Assembly: GCA_964255285.1 (NCBI GenBank)
Contig: CAXUUL010000003.1
Span: forward strand, 62,001-113,100
Length of the DNA stretch: 51,100 bases
Direction of reading: 5' to 3'
Source of the DNA: Ionaspis alba
Taxonomy: Eukaryota
In this document: positions 23,628 to 39,900 of the stretch, piece after piece
How positions within the stretch are numbered: position 1 is the stretch's first letter
How the letters are laid out: each line of letters starts with the position of its first letter
Program-made: the position numbers and the translations under genes
Notes under the pieces: generated by a model
Told to the model about the DNA's origin: nothing
Databases searched by the model: none
Seen by the model: only the letters and a program-made list of their open reading frames with translations

Positions 23628-25587
23628 TCAAAACCATTCTTGCACGAAAGATTGGGTCATGGACTGCATGTCCCATATTGACCCGCTTTGTGCTGTCTGC
23701 GAAGCCTCGAAGGTACTTCCTCCAATATAAGCCAAGAGCGTCTCTTCTATCGCTCTCCATGTGGTCTGCCCTATATTCATCGTCATCATCACAACATCCG
23801 CAACATACCACCACCTCCATGGTTTCTCCAGAGCGATTCGATCGTGTTGCAGTAAGATCATCATAAGTATCTCCAGTGATCGCGACCACAAGGTTGTGAT
23901 TCCCACCAGGTCTGATTTGAGCTTCCGAACGTAACGACCTGGAGGATCGGGAGAATCGAAGATCTCTTTAATGGCCACATCGACAAATAGCAAAACAGCA
24001 AGGCGGCAGCATCGTCTTGACAGATATGAACGGCCATTTGGATCGTCGAGGTCAACAGGTCCTTTAGAGAGCAGTTGCGTAACGGCACAGGACAGCAAAT
24101 CTTTGAGCGAGATGTTCAACCTCACGAAGGGATTTCGTGCAGTAGATCCGAGGAGCTCCATCAGGTCTTCTAAGCCGTGGACAAGCACAAGAGCGTCTTC
24201 GCAGTGCCTATAGGATTCCTGCTGGGTTTTGTCAATATCGGGATCCATCACTTGGCCAATATCATTTTGTGGTATGCTAATAGCCAATGGACGCATTGTC
24301 TGGACGCTCGAATAAGATGGGTACCTAGGGCTCGATATAGCCATATAAGCACGGATTACATCTAGTCTAGCAAGAGTTTGTCAGTCACCCTCTTGAAGCA
24401 GTCCCATCCGCCATCGTAACTGTCCTTCTGACTCACCTTATCATCGGGTTTTCCAATGGGCTTCCCGCCAAACCGACCATGCCGCCTCTCAGATCAACGA
24501 GCCGCCACAGTCCGGCCATGTGCAACGCAAACATTTCCGAGTTGTTGTCCATCAACTAACACGACTTAGCAGTGAATCCATACTTGGAAATTGGCAAGCA
24601 CTCACCTCACAGCCAGCTAAGCACATCACGCCTCCCAGTGTAGCATCACTCGTGGATTCCCACGGATTCTCTATACGCTGATGTATCATCTGTAACGCTT
24701 TGGCCTTGTGTGTGATAGCAGAGGGTGGCTCCTGAATACCGCGAAGCCGAGCCATGTGCGCAATATTGGAACCGAGAATGGCGTGCAGCGGTGTTGGATC
24801 ATGGACAGCGAAGCAGGAAAACCCGAAGCCGATGCGATTGAAAGATCTCCCAGTGACCAACTCGTCCATTCTGCCAGGGCGAACCCAAGCGTCTATTCTC
24901 ATTAGCATGTTATCGGTCGTGATATACCTTCGCATTAAGCAAAGGCAGGAGCGCAATCGTGAGAAGAGAGGATCCTTACAGTGGTGCAAGACGGCTTGCG
25001 CCGCTGGTCCACAGTCGGCAAATGCTCTCGAGAACGGATCGAGATTTGAAGCTGCAATGGCTGCCCAGGGATCCGCTGCATACCACCAAATCAGCTTTGC
25101 CTCGTTCGAGGCCTAGAGCCGAGTTGTGTGTATCGTTCGACGTACTACCAAAGGATTCAATACTGTCAAGCTCTACTCCCGGACCCATAGCTCTGGGACG
25201 CTTCGCATTCGTCAATTGCGAAGAGCCTATTTCCTCATTCCTTGCCTCATAAGCAGCAGCATCAGCGTACAGTGTCTGACCCTCATTGCTTCTCGACCGT
25301 TCTTTAACTTCCGGTTCTACCTTCTTATTCCTCCCTTTCGAGGAAGGGCTCTTCGGTCCAAGTGGCTTCGCCTTGCTACTCTGTTCCCACCGTTCCCGCC
25401 GCCGATACTCTCGCATAACGTGCTTCCGGACCGTCAAACGTGCTTGAGCTGGTGACGAGGAATTGACTATGAACTTAAAGGACGGTTTGAAAGGGGATGG
25501 CAATCTTTCCACTGCTTGCCCGTTCTCCCCAACCCCGCCGTGATCTCGAGAGGTTGAGTTCTCGTAACCCTCGGCCTGCGCCTCCAT
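23628..25587 (-). CDS. Fungal-specific transcription-factor-like protein (Fungal_trans_2-type) lacking a Zn2Cys6 cluster
   Basis: N-terminal FKFIVNSSSPAQARLTVRKHVMREYRRRERW motif; DPTPLHAIL...HKAKALQMIHQRI...SDATLGGVMCLA; HMAGL..L..LRGG; multi-exon. Confidence 0.7.
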
Positions 25588-26533
25588 ATCCTCCGTCCAC
25601 TCACCCCCGAGTATTCCTTCCCACAAAGCGAATAGCCAGTAAGATAGAACAACCTCGGTTCCAGCTGTCCTTGGCAAGTATAGCACTAAAGCTTATGTAC
25701 CCCTATTCATACGAATCCTATCCTCACGGAAGGGTACGCTAGCTCGATTGAGACACTGCTGTTGATTTCCAAGAGTTGCGTACGTAGATTCGGGACCTTG
25801 AGGTGTATCTTCGGGCTGTCGTACCAGGTCTTACGCCAGTCGAGCCGCTTCGAACGTGGGCAGATACCAAAGCGGAAAGCTGGGAGCTGCTGATGGGAAA
25901 AAGAGGGCGAATCTTAGAGCGGATGCTACGGAAACCATATATTGATTTAATGATGCAATTTTTTCTCTTTGAAAGAGTCCAGAAGGCTTGAGAATGTCTT
26001 TGCATGTTCGACGTTGCAGAGTCGAATTTCGTGATGCAGGGAGGGGTTACTGTCCTCTGATTACTGATATACACGATTTACCTCAACGGCATAAGCCAAC
26101 TTTTTGCGAGGTTCTATGCAAAGTTCGAGATTTGGCCAATCGGTGTCATTCCCACGCACCCGAAGAGAGCCAATTCGAAACACTTCTTGCCAGCACAGTG
26201 GCGGTCTTGCTGACAGCATTCTGTATATTTGGAATGTGAAAATGCCAAGTTGCTTTTCCAATTTCTTGTCATCTTGGCTATATTTGTTCTGCTTACATGA
26301 TTTGCTGATAAATACGGCTTATCCATGACCACAGTTACGATTTGCTAAAATACAAACTCATAGGAAAGGCATTGTTTCTCATTTTTCGCTGAGTCCCCGG
26401 TTCAAGCTATGCTTATTAACGAACAATGAACGCCGTTTGAGCGCCATGCTATATCGCAGAGGTGAGTAGGTACAAGAAGTCATCGATACCATATGTCGTC
26501 TCGCCCACGACGATAAGCTCCTTTCACCTATCT

Positions 26534-28947
26534 TCAGAGCTCTCGGATCTGAGTACTCTCAGTACTGGTGTCTACTGCAATATTGCCAGCGTCACGCTTC
26601 TCCCCACCCTCTGAGCTCTCGAGGAATCTCAATATCGCCCTCTCATTTAAGCCCTTCTCCTCCTCCTCCAATTTCCGCATCGCCTGCCTCCCCTCCTCCT
26701 TTTCAAAAGCTATCTCCTGTTGCTGCAACTTATACCACGTTTTATGCCGTTCGCATCGCTTTTTTTGACAGATACCTTTCCCAATCTCCTCAGCATCTCC
26801 ATTTACCATTTTGTCTCCTCCATCATCGCCCTTGGCGAGGGAGGACGAGACCGGCAGATGAAGCAAGTCAGTTTCCAGCGCCTTCTTCCCTTCAGCTGAA
26901 TGGCGCCAGGCATAGAATTCCTCGTCCGACCAGCTAAGCCGCGAGTCAAAGCCACATATGTCCTTTGCGCCTTCCCTTTTCTTCAGCTCTTCAAGCACAC
27001 TCTTTGCCCGCGCTTTCACCAAGCCTAGGAATTTCTCACGATCGTCTAAAGCCGAGCGTTTACGCTTCAAGTCCACTTTCTTTGTAGCGATTTCGGCAAG
27101 CTGCGTACTTTCTTCGACAGTGTAGACAACCTTTGGTTGGTGATCCGTAGGACTCGTGATGTCGGGACTAGCTGTTCGCGGCGGGCTGAGAACGCCTTCC
27201 CCTAACTTTTTGAACTCGGATAGAGAGGTCACGCCGCTGGTCAGGGCTTTGAGTTCGGGAGGGCGAAGAACGCCCCCCCGGAGGTAGGCCTGATCGTCGG
27301 CTTCATCACGGGTGGGGGGATCGTTATTACCATTCGCAGTGTGATCTGTAAGATTGTCCTTTCGTCGCTTTTTTGCAGAGCTGGCTTTGCTGGGATCATT
27401 GCGCTTGGCATCTTTACCTAAGGCGCGCAAAGCCATGTATTGCTCGCCGTGTTCGTCACTACAGTATTTGGAGGGATTGGAACCCGTTGCACGAGCTGGT
27501 TCGCGACAACTCTCAAGTCGACACATCGGTTTCCAGGTTGTTTGTCCTACGCCTTTCTCTTTGCAATTCGGGCCTAAGGATTGGTTGTCAGTACCTTGAT
27601 CGCAATCATAGCAACGAAGGGCGTCGTACAAATATACTTATCGATCAAGTTTCCGTCTCTTTCGTTCATACCCACACATCTACCGTGAAACCAGTCCTCA
27701 CAACCACCATCACACCCGATCATCCATGTGTGGTCATCCGGCTTGCGACAGATGCAGAAGAGTTCGGAGTCGTCCTCGTCCATGTCTTCGTCTTCTTGTC
27801 CTTCAGTCTCTTTCAATGATGGAGGAGGAGAGCTCTGGGCTGGTGTACTCGACCCTTGCTTGCGATTTCTCGGCGCTGGTGTCTTACTTGCACGGCTGGA
27901 GACTGGAGTTCCGGAGCGTTGAGAGAAGGGAGTCCCGTCCATGCTGCCATCGTCAATCTTGCGTTTCTTGGCAGCAGGCTTCTTGATCGTGGTAGCAGTC
28001 CCTTTCTTCTTGTCCGCCTTTGGTGCCGGTCGTTTCTTAGACTCACTTCGCTGTAAAGCTGATTGGGTATCCTTGACCGGTGACGATGGTTGCCCGTCGA
28101 GCATGGCGTCCTGCGTGCTATTTTCATGCTTCACCTCGGCGACTGATGCCCGACTGTCGTTGTCATTTGAATTTTGCGTCGGAAAGGTCATAGTCGTCGT
28201 TTGCTTACTAGCCGCCGCAGAAAAATTGTGACTTGGATCTGTTGAATTTACCGCGCCGTTTTCCACTTCCAGTTTCACCTCGGCACGAGCACTAGATGGT
28301 GATTCGCGTCGAGGCTGATCCACAACTCTGCTAGGGTTTATTGTAGTGATGTGAGGTAGACTTTTCTCAGAATTGTGAACACCTGCATGGACATCCTGTT
28401 CTACACTGAGAGCTTTTGGCAAAGATTCTAGTTGATGTGATTGCGCGTCTCCACTCGAATCGCGTTGTTCTCCGTTCAGTAAACCTCTCTCTGTTGCTGT
28501 CGTCCCTCCCAGGTCACTTTCATTCGGAATCGATCGCCTTAGTGGGGGAAGCTCTCGCGATCCTCCGTCGACGATGTCTGAGAGCGCCCTTCCATTGCTG
28601 TCCCCGTGATGTTGTGTCGAATGATCGTAGGATGAGGTGAACGGTTGTGGTGGATGGGTAAGCGTATGAGGCATAGGAAGAGAAAAATGGCTGGAGCTCG
28701 GACGTGACGATGAGTTCGAAAAAGTGTGCGGGTGATCGGTGGGTGATGCGAGAGGTGCTATCGATGTGTAAGTTGGAGACAGGGTAGGCGGACTACTCGT
28801 TGCGGCGAGTGCTAGAGCTTCGAGGGGTGAAGTCAAGGACGGATTACGGTTGTGGTAATTGCGTCCCCCTCCATCAATGGATTGTCCATTAGTGGAGGCT
28901 TGCTCTGAGCTCGGCGCGGGATTGAGAAGTTCGGAAAGCTTCGACAT
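26534..28947 (-). CDS. SPP1: COMPASS/Set1C subunit Spp1/Cps40 (PHD finger)
   Basis: FCICRKPDDHTWMIGCDGGCEDWFHGRCV...YIC|PNC, SKYCSDEHG, ICGFDSRL, CQKKRCERHKTW; one intron at ~27574-27629. Confidence 0.9.
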
Positions 28948-29294
28948 GGTGACGTAGAGGTTGCTAGCATGCAAAGTGCTGGAAGTCTTGAACTCAGCTA
29001 TCAGTATTGCAGAGTCGATGCGACTCAGCTGAAGGAACGCGCATGGCCGATAGCGCGCTGTTGGAGGTGCAATTGAAAGAGACTGGGTGAACACATCCGC
29101 CAATTCCCACTGCCACTGAGTCGCAAACAGAGCTGGGGAAGGCTCGCAAGCCTCGGGCCGAGTGGGGTATGGAGCAGCCGGGACTGGGAGATCATGTGAC
29201 CTTCAAGGGAGCTTCCAACTTTCTACGTATTATTATCCAAGCTGTCCGGAAGAGCTCCGTAGATGGCTTTTAAAAGAACACTGTCAACTGTTCT

Positions 29295-32257
29295 ATGAAA
29301 GCAATGAGCAGATCAGCTCGGGATCCAGCTCATGTGATTTTGGAAGCTGTACAGCTCGCCACTGATGCTGATATAGCCGCATTTCGAAGGCTGGTGTCTT
29401 GCGAACCTGATACGCTAAAGCTCGATCTTGTCCTTCGGCTCTTGTTGACCTATCTTCCAGAGAGTACGGAACCGTCACTATATACTGCGTTCCTTCGCGA
29501 CGTTGTGTCTGGGGATCTCAATGCTCTAGACGCTTCTATTGCCTCCCCGAATACAGTTCCAGACATATCCAAACATGAAGCTCGCAGACGTGTTCGCAAG
29601 CTCCATCTCCTAACCCTCGGAGACCTCCCTACGCCCAGCAACGATATACCAGATCTTCTCACTCTCTTTCTCCTCAATCGAGCATACCGAATAGACAAGG
29701 AAACAGGATGCCTTCCTCTTCTGCAACAATTACTGGAGCCTTTCCTTGACCACTCCCCCTATCTGCAAAAATGGTTTATATCTACCGTCCTTCCACTACT
29801 TCGGCTGAACTATGAGTACTATCCGCAACGTGCTCCTGCCTATTCCTTGGAGTCTTTCGAGAAGCTTGAGGGACGCACGGCAGTCAATGCTTTGCTATCA
29901 GAAGCCGTTCGACAGGACGAGGATAACTGTGAGAGGAACATTGGCCGTGACCTCAGGGGTCTAGTTGGGCCATGGTTGTATGGGCATACACGAGAGAAGC
30001 GCCGAAAGATCGACGATGGCAGGAAAGGAAGCTTGGCTCAAGCCGGCAGTATTCTTCCGACTCCGGCCCCTGATGCTTCGCTCGATATTATCGCTTCCCC
30101 ATGGGCTCACGTTAATGGCTGGCTGCTGGATCTTTCCGTTCATCATTATCAGCAACTCACACAGGCGATCGAGCATTGGGACGGCCCAGGAGATGTTGAC
30201 TATGGAGGCTGGCGTAATGAAGAGGATAACGAAGATCAAGCTGGATTCGACGAAGCCATGAGTAATTATGGCCGAGCAGGTCTTGCAACGATCTATGCTA
30301 GTCAAGATGCAACGAGACAGACGTACCAAGAAATGCAGAGAGTGCTCGAACGGATTGCCTCCCTCCGAAGCATATCTATTTCCACCGAGCTTCGAGAGGC
30401 AGCATCTAGTCTTCCGGCTATTTCCGTGCCACAGGAATATGTTACTTCCCTTGCCCCAGCCCACCTCTTCCATGAGATTCTACTACTATCCACCAATCCG
30501 TTGACCAAGCCGTCCAAACATTCCATGGATTTAGCTTCTTTCCTACTCGGCTCTGCGTTCATTCTCGAGGCTTGGGGTCATCCACAGACTGTCAAGAAAA
30601 TTTTGCAATTAGCTTTGTTCGGCACAGCAACAGACCAGAAAGATGCTCTTCGGAGGGTCCTGTATTCTATCGAGGAAAAAGGTAATAAAAGTGATCAATC
30701 TTGGGCTAGGGATCGACAGCAATTACTCTGGCTACGTGATTGGCTTGCAGGTCCTAGTGCTCTAGGGAAAAAATCCCCAAAGGCGGCGCTCGGGCTGTTT
30801 AGCCAGATCCCTGCATTGGAGATGGAAATCGATATTTTGAAAGCGCTCTCGAATAATTCTCGTAGGTACCGATCAGGTATTCTCTTACAACGGTGCTGAA
30901 ATTCGTGATCAGGTCACAAACTGGTGGCTGACACCTACTGTGTACCAAACTCAAAGGCTCTGCCTCTCCATGAGGTAGAAAAGGCTCTTTTGGAGGTTGC
31001 TATGAAGTCGTACGACAACGCTAGTAATGGAAATCGGACTCGTGGTGGAGTTAAAAAAGCATCTGACATGTAAGCCTCTCTCCACTGAGTCACACGACAC
31101 AATCCTGACTCCTCACAGTATACGAAGCTTCGCCCAATATTTTCAGGCATCCAATTCCTTCAAGCAATTGGACGCTCTTTTGTCTGCCACCCACGCTTTG
31201 TCCTTCTATTCTCTTACTCTACAGCACGGAGTGCCGTTTCAGCCCGTGAACATAAGGGTGCAGTCTGACCCGTTGTCTCTAATTGACAAAGTGTTGAAGC
31301 AAAATCCAAGGAGCTACACCAAATTGGACGACCTCCTAGACATCGGTAGAAATCTCGTCAGAGCTGGCCTAGTGAACAACCAATCAGACCTCAATTCAGG
31401 AGCGGAGTCAGTAGATCGACAAATCATGCTTGTTCAAAGGCGAATCATCGCAAAAGCAATTGAAGCTGCACTTGCTGAGGACGACTTTGATACTGCCTAT
31501 TCCTACGTCATTACACGACTGTCGCCATCAGAGCCATCGACAGAGAGCACAAACAGAGCTCCTAGATCAAAAGGCGTACCGGAAGATGACATTACATGGC
31601 AAGCTGCTTATCAAGCTGGTCGGTCCAGTATCAGAAGCGTCACTGGATCATCGGAATTACGACGGCTTGAGCAAAGAATGGAATTACTCACTCAAGCACT
31701 CCTCCTGGCCCCACCGGTTTCTCTCAACGATGTGCTCATCACTTGGAGAAGCTGCGAAGAAGAGATGAACAGTGAAATCGCGAAAGAGCGCGACGAGGAG
31801 AAGCAATGGGATGACAGAAAGGCACAAAACCCTCCGGGAGGATTTTTTATTGATGATATCGATGCTATAGCACAAAATCCCAGGGAGCCAACGAGAGCAG
31901 CCATGAACGAAGAAGCACCTATGGGTCTGTTCGACGTAGCACGAGGCGCAGCCGCTGCACTCAGCAAGAGTGCCTTTCCTCTGAGAAGTCCAAACAGTAC
32001 ATTTATGGAAAACCCTATCAAATCATCGCAGCGGCGACCCGTTAGCTTGGTTGGATCAGATAGTGGAGGCGAAGGAAGTGCCAGCGGCGCTGATGGCGAA
32101 GGGAGAATCAGAAAGAGGGATATGGTGAGCAACATGGTGACTGGAGGATTGGCTTCGGGAATTGGATGGGTGCTTGGTAGGCGTAACTGCGGTCTTCCCC
32201 TCCTTGCTGGACTGGCTAAATCTAGAAACAGGTGCCCCTTCGATCAGGCAAGAATGA
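29295..32257 (+). CDS. SEC39: Sec39-domain protein (Dsl1 tethering complex), 3 introns
   Basis: LRLLLTYLPESTEP, IGRDLRGLVGPWLYG, SYDNASNGNRTRGGVKKA, ATHALSFYSLTLQHGVPFQPVNIR, PMGLFDVARGAA, VTGGLASGIGWVLG. Confidence 0.88.
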
Positions 32258-32757
32258 GAGGATGTTAGTGAAGCATAGGGTCTACATAGCTACCACACCG
32301 CATAGCGAAGGTGTTCGAAGGTGTTTATTGTTTTCAGCGGTCTGTATTCGAATGTTGCTTGGGTAAAAATAGACATCATAAGACAGCAATTCAGTTCCAT
32401 GCTTCACTTCAGCAACTCCACTCCATCATACTACGTATTGGGCTGCTCGTACCTGAAGGATTCACTGCAAGAGTCGTGTTGGGTTTGATTGAATGACACA
32501 GCTAGTGAGTCAGATGTAGTGAATGCGGCAAAACGGCGCTAGTGGAGAGAGCATATCTAGCTCGATTCCTCCGTCTCTCCTACAGATTTTTTCTTCTCCT
32601 TGTCAGCACGCAAGTCTTCCACCTAACCCCCTAACTTTGATCATCCATCACTAACTCGACCTCAGACCTCTTCACACTAAGCTGAAGTATCTGCAAACAA
32701 AACTTCTTCATCGACATCACAAACACATAATCCATCTCCCAACAACAATCGTCCACC

Positions 32758-34577
<1,820 letters not shown>

Positions 34578-35457
34578 ACAGGGCAGATTCGGTCTGGTGT
34601 TGCGGTTTGGCCGATTTGCTTGGTTTGCACTTAGATAGAGATGTAGGCTAGATAGACTTGAAAGGGTCTCACTCGCCTTACCCAAGCACTTGCAATCTTT
34701 CTCAGGTGAACTTGACAAGCCGATGCTCTTTAAGTCTGTTCCCAGACATTAGTAGCCTGTATAGTCCGTTCATCATGTACATCTCGAATAACAAGGAGAA
34801 GAACTGGATTGCGGCCTTCCTCAATCGGCTTGTGTTACAGCATGTGACCGTTTCCGTCGTCCTGTTAACCTGCTGGAAAGAATACCTTTGGAGGGCTGGT
34901 TGTGAGGGATTTTGCTCCCTGCTCCAATCGGATCCTCTGTCAGTATCAATACGAGTCTAAAATATCGGAGTTTCATCCTAAGCCATTCCTTCGTGGAACT
35001 TAGCCCTATGACAGAGCTTGTATAAGCATTGTAGGGGCCGGAGCTGTTATGGCGCAGTCGATGTGAACGAGGAATGCGATTCTAGCACTTGGCGCGCAAT
35101 GGATACGATTACTGACACTGGATATGACCTCTTTTTGCCGAACCTTGATCTGGGGAGCGTCAATAGATCATCGTCTTGACTCGCAACCTGTCATCATCTG
35201 ATCAAGATTGGAAGATAATGATATGAAGATTGCATATCGAAACCTATATGGAGTACCAATGGAAAATGAACTCTCTGCACATGCAATGTCATTGCATTTT
35301 GATGGCTAGATTAAGCTACTGTAGCTCTATGAACTGCAGAGTACCGGTAGTTCAATATTCAACACTGAGGTACCGTCGTGACACAGATCAGCAACTCCAG
35401 CTTCTTCTTCGCTTCCGAGCACAACCAGATCCCGAACTTACAAAAGGCTCGATGTTT

Positions 35458-36429
35458 CTAGTAGCCATACTCTGCCAACTGCTTCTTCGTCTTGTCGTCG
35501 ACCGTCGCCGTTTTCTGCGCCTCAGAGAGCTGTCTCCGGAACGCCTTCTTGCGCTCGTAGTATGCCGCACCCTTGAATTTTCTCCTCTCCTCCAATCTAC
35601 CACAAATTATCAGCCAAACATCCCTTGCACAATGGCTTGATAGATTTCTCATCTCGAGCCTTCGAGCAGTTACTGACCTCTCCACGACATCCTTATACTT
35701 CCAGCCAACCTCATGACTCAGACGTCCCACAGTACAATATTTCCTCCCCGGTTTCAACCTTAGGACTCGTAGTGCCTGTGGTACCACCATTCTCTTCTTC
35801 TTGTCGTATGGCGGAGGAACACCTTCGAAAACCTTGAGGCGCTCCATCGCGGCGGCTCCACGGGCAGTTTTGTGTGGGATCATACCACGAACGGTCTTGT
35901 AGAAAATTCGGGAGGGAGCGCGGAAATGGAAGGGACCTAGTAGCGAAATGAGTACCGTTCGTTCCATCTTGAGTAGCAATGTCTCAAGCTATGAAAAACA
36001 TACCGCCACGTGTAGGGTTGTACCGAGTCATCTTTCGGAGGTAGGCATGGTACTTTACTATAGACGCCCAACTTGTCAGTCATTGTTTTGCGTGATAGTG
36101 ATAGGATTTGGTTCTCCCGAAGACCTGTGCAAAGACTCTATTTCCCCAGATTTATAGGTGGGTGGGTGCTTACGCTTCGCGCGAAAGAAGTCACCGGAGA
36201 TGTTAAGAGCTTCGCATCGGACCACAACGATCTTTTGACCATTGAGCAGCTGCTTAGCGACGGTACTGGCTAGACGACCCAGAAGATGTCCCTTGCCATC
36301 GATCACGACCTAGGAGACAGACATGTGAGTTGAGTTTGAACCTTCAGATAACGATGTGCAGTTCAATCTTGGTAGCTGCAACGCCGAATAGGCGGTACTG
36401 AGACTTACGACAGGTTCAAAGGTCGACAT
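35458..36429 (-). CDS. RPL16: 60S ribosomal protein uL13 (L16/L13a)
   Basis: [22 protein letters not shown]...[36 protein letters not shown], ending LAEYGY*. Confidence 0.97.
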
Positions 36430-36940
36430 CCTCGTCTGCTACGCTCCGGAGCCTGCAGGAGTAGAGGAAATAGTCTCTGTTGCGCGTGGTAGTTGTTCTC
36501 GTTGTATATCAGATAGGCCTCCATAATTCGAGCTTGGTTTGTGTGCGCGCGCTAGGCCGGATGGCGCTAAGCCCAATTCAATCAAAACGCGGCGATTCTA
36601 GGATTCGCTCCGCCCTTGTCATATCTATGGCCATGTTTCGTGTGCTGGAGACAGTCTCCTGCTACTAGTGTTGAAATTTAATTATTTATTGCACATTCAT
36701 AGTTGTGCCATTTCCTCAAAGAATGTTGCCGGCTGCTCTTAAACATGGCAACGACTAGTTCTACAAAGATCTTTTCCATACAGGACCTTCCTTGCAAGTC
36801 GAGATACACATACCACATTACTCCATTGGCTGCCCAGCCCTTTCCGCCATAATTACAATCGCACCTCTGTCCTTGCCCGTCGGGTTCCTATCCTACATTT
36901 CCCCCTCGTGAATCTGAGTCCGTAAGACTACCGCCTCAGA

Positions 36941-39900
36941 TCAATAAGGCGGCCTTCCCATCCCTTTCCCGATCACACCCGTCATCCCCTTCTCACCGAC
37001 CTCAATCTCACTCAGAAGCATTTGAATCTTCGCCCTCTTCTCCCCTCCCACCATCTGGAGACTTCCTCGATCACTTCCCCTCCAGCTACCATCGCCTGTC
37101 GCTCGTAGTGAGTGCCGATCCCCTCTCTCAGTCACGGGTGCAGTGGTCGGTCGAGAGAAGTTCCCTGTTGAGCCTTTCGAGCTCAAACGGGTGCCGAGTT
37201 GCGTATTGGGGTGTCGGCTAAGACTTGCTGGTAGTGGTGGTACAGGTGGAACGTCCTCCTCTTCACTGACGCCACTGCCTCGACTCACGGGCGGTACTAG
37301 CTCTCCCTTCAGTGCGCGAGCATTAGCGTCAGGATCTTCTGACGCCGAGCTGCTCGTGCGTGGCCTGCCCTTACTGAGCTCACCACTGCTTGGTCTCCGT
37401 TCTCGAGCGCCGGAAGGACTGTGGTCAAACGGTCGGCGGGGAAGCTGCTGCAAGTACTCATCGGCCAGTGTGGTGCTGTCGAGTGCTGGCTGAGGAGGTG
37501 GTAAGGGGCGGCTAAGATCGCCTTCGCTAGCACTTTCGAAGCCCTCAGCGTCGACAACACTGTCACTACCAGCGCTGATGACACTGGTGTGATTGGTGCC
37601 GGAAGTGCCAAAGTCTTGATAAGCGGTACTACTATTGCGTAATGGCGATGCACCGCGAACGGAGGAAGTAGTCTTGCGACGAGACAGGGCATCGGCAAGA
37701 GCACCACCAGCCAGTACACGCTTGAGGTCGTCAATGCGCAACGTTGGCTGGTGGTCGGAGCTGCTGATTGGAGTGGGTGGTCCAGTATCTTGGATGCTGG
37801 ATCGTCGATAGGGGCCTTGGCTGAGAGGGAGGAGAGCAGGTGAGCCTAGAGCTGCTTGTGCTTCTTGGTTTTGGCGTTTGGCGATTGAGATCCGCGGTGA
37901 TGGATTAAAACCGGCGGGAGAGCTGTCCCTTGGCGTGTGGCCATTCGCTGTCAGGAGACCGTTACGAGGTGATCGGTTGGTACCACTACGGGAGCCATGA
38001 AGGGAGGCAGTGGGAGCATTTTCCTTCTCTACTGTTGCGATGCAGAGCTCTTTACTCCAGTCCGAGAGCATACTTTCTTTGAACACTGCAGGTAGCTCGT
38101 GCTTGGTAGATGATAAGGAACCTGTCGGAGATATTACAGGCAAACTGAAAACGCGACCCGGAGAGCTAGGAGGACTGGCTGGTGGTGATGAGACAGAATT
38201 GGCATACGCCAAGGCGATCTGTTCCACAAGAGCAGGATGCGAGTCGAACGGCTTTAGTGCTTCCTCTCTCACGACTTCGGGAGGTAGTTGTGGGGAGGAA
38301 GTCGGTACTGTCGAAACTATTTGTCCCAGCGGCAATGGCGGTATCCGAATTCCATCAAGCCACAGTCCGTGCTTCTGCCTCCTGGATATTTCACTATGAA
38401 TTTCGTATCCCACCATAGTAGATTCGAGCTCGAACTTCTCTGTGACCGCCCAAAAATTTCCGTGCACAAGACTGCCAATATTCATCTTTGCCGTTGGTGT
38501 GCTGACTAGGTCATCATCATTAATATCTTCTTGAAGTCTCCTTATCATGGGCAGACCGCTTTTGACGGCGTTCACTCCAAGTTTCTCCGTAAGGTGTGTT
38601 AGAAGGAGATGCAGTAGGAGAATGTCAGCTTCGGTTTCTGGAGATTCTAGTGCATTATCGTAGATAGCGAGATGCAGCAATTGTAGAAAAGTTGATCGAG
38701 GCGGTTTAGTGATCTTGCCCTTCTGAGATGCACTAGAAACAGCTCTTCTCGTGAGGCTTTCTGTTCGGTCCATATTAGTGTTTGTCTTGGATGTAACTGT
38801 TGGAATATGGCGTTTATCCTCAACGACACGGAGATCAGTTTTGCTCATCTCTAATCTTAGCCAGGTCAGGAGCGCATCTACATATGCTCGACGAACTCGA
38901 CGATCCTCATCCCGGAGCAGCCATTGCGTACCCTCCCAGACTTGTACGCTCACTCTATTTCTTCCCACGGCTGCCGCACCAGTAGCTGACCCTTTCAGAT
39001 TTGCAACGGTAAGAATCTCCTTGATTGCCATCAAAGCCGTAACACGAGCTGTGCCAAATGAGAAGAAATCGTCAGTATTCGGATCCTCTTGTAAGTTCAC
39101 AGAGTTGGAGATAGCTTGCGCAGCGGCCGCTGGACGCTCAATAGCCGCTGCGGTGCTGGAAATTCCAGATTGCGGTGAGGGCTTCAAGCGAAGAAGAATT
39201 GCGATAATCATGTCAGATATTTGGTCCGAGTAGTATATGTGCGTGGCAAGATCCCCGATGCACTTTTGCAGGCGTACAAGTAGCTCCTGGCGAGTCAGCG
39301 ATGGCGATACCGCATCCTTGGCACCGTTCTGATTTGCATTGCCTGTTGGTGAAGAAGCCGTGACGATAGCCTCGCTGTCTTTGAACAAATCAATCGCATC
39401 TGTCTGCTGAGGATGCGGCAGAACATTGGATCCCTTGCCGCCAAGTTGCAACAAGAGCAAAATATGTTGGACCAGGCCAAGGAGGACGTCCATAACACTG
39501 AGCCCGATCATGTTGATGTTCGAGCTCAGTAGTGATCCAATGAGACTAGCTAGGACTAACTGCTGCTCCAGATTCTCTTCCGAGATTGGGCTCCGTATCA
39601 AAGTCTCCATGGAAGTTACCAACATCACAAATCGATCCTGCACCGGCGTCCACCTGGCGAGTACCTCGAGTAAAGAAGTAGCCCAGCTAGCAGTTCCAAC
39701 CGATCTAGAGCTCCTGGCTGTAGCTGGCCTCGATGAGGTAACTTTGCTCAGGATGAATCGTAACATGGCAGCGGTTGATAATCTGATTTGGAGCCGATTG
39801 TTGACCTCGAAGAGTTGTTTCAAGCTCTGTAACGCCAGCAGCCCCACCTCTTCTTCGGCCAACCGGTCCGCATCTGCTGTGCTACCGGCAACAGCCGCTG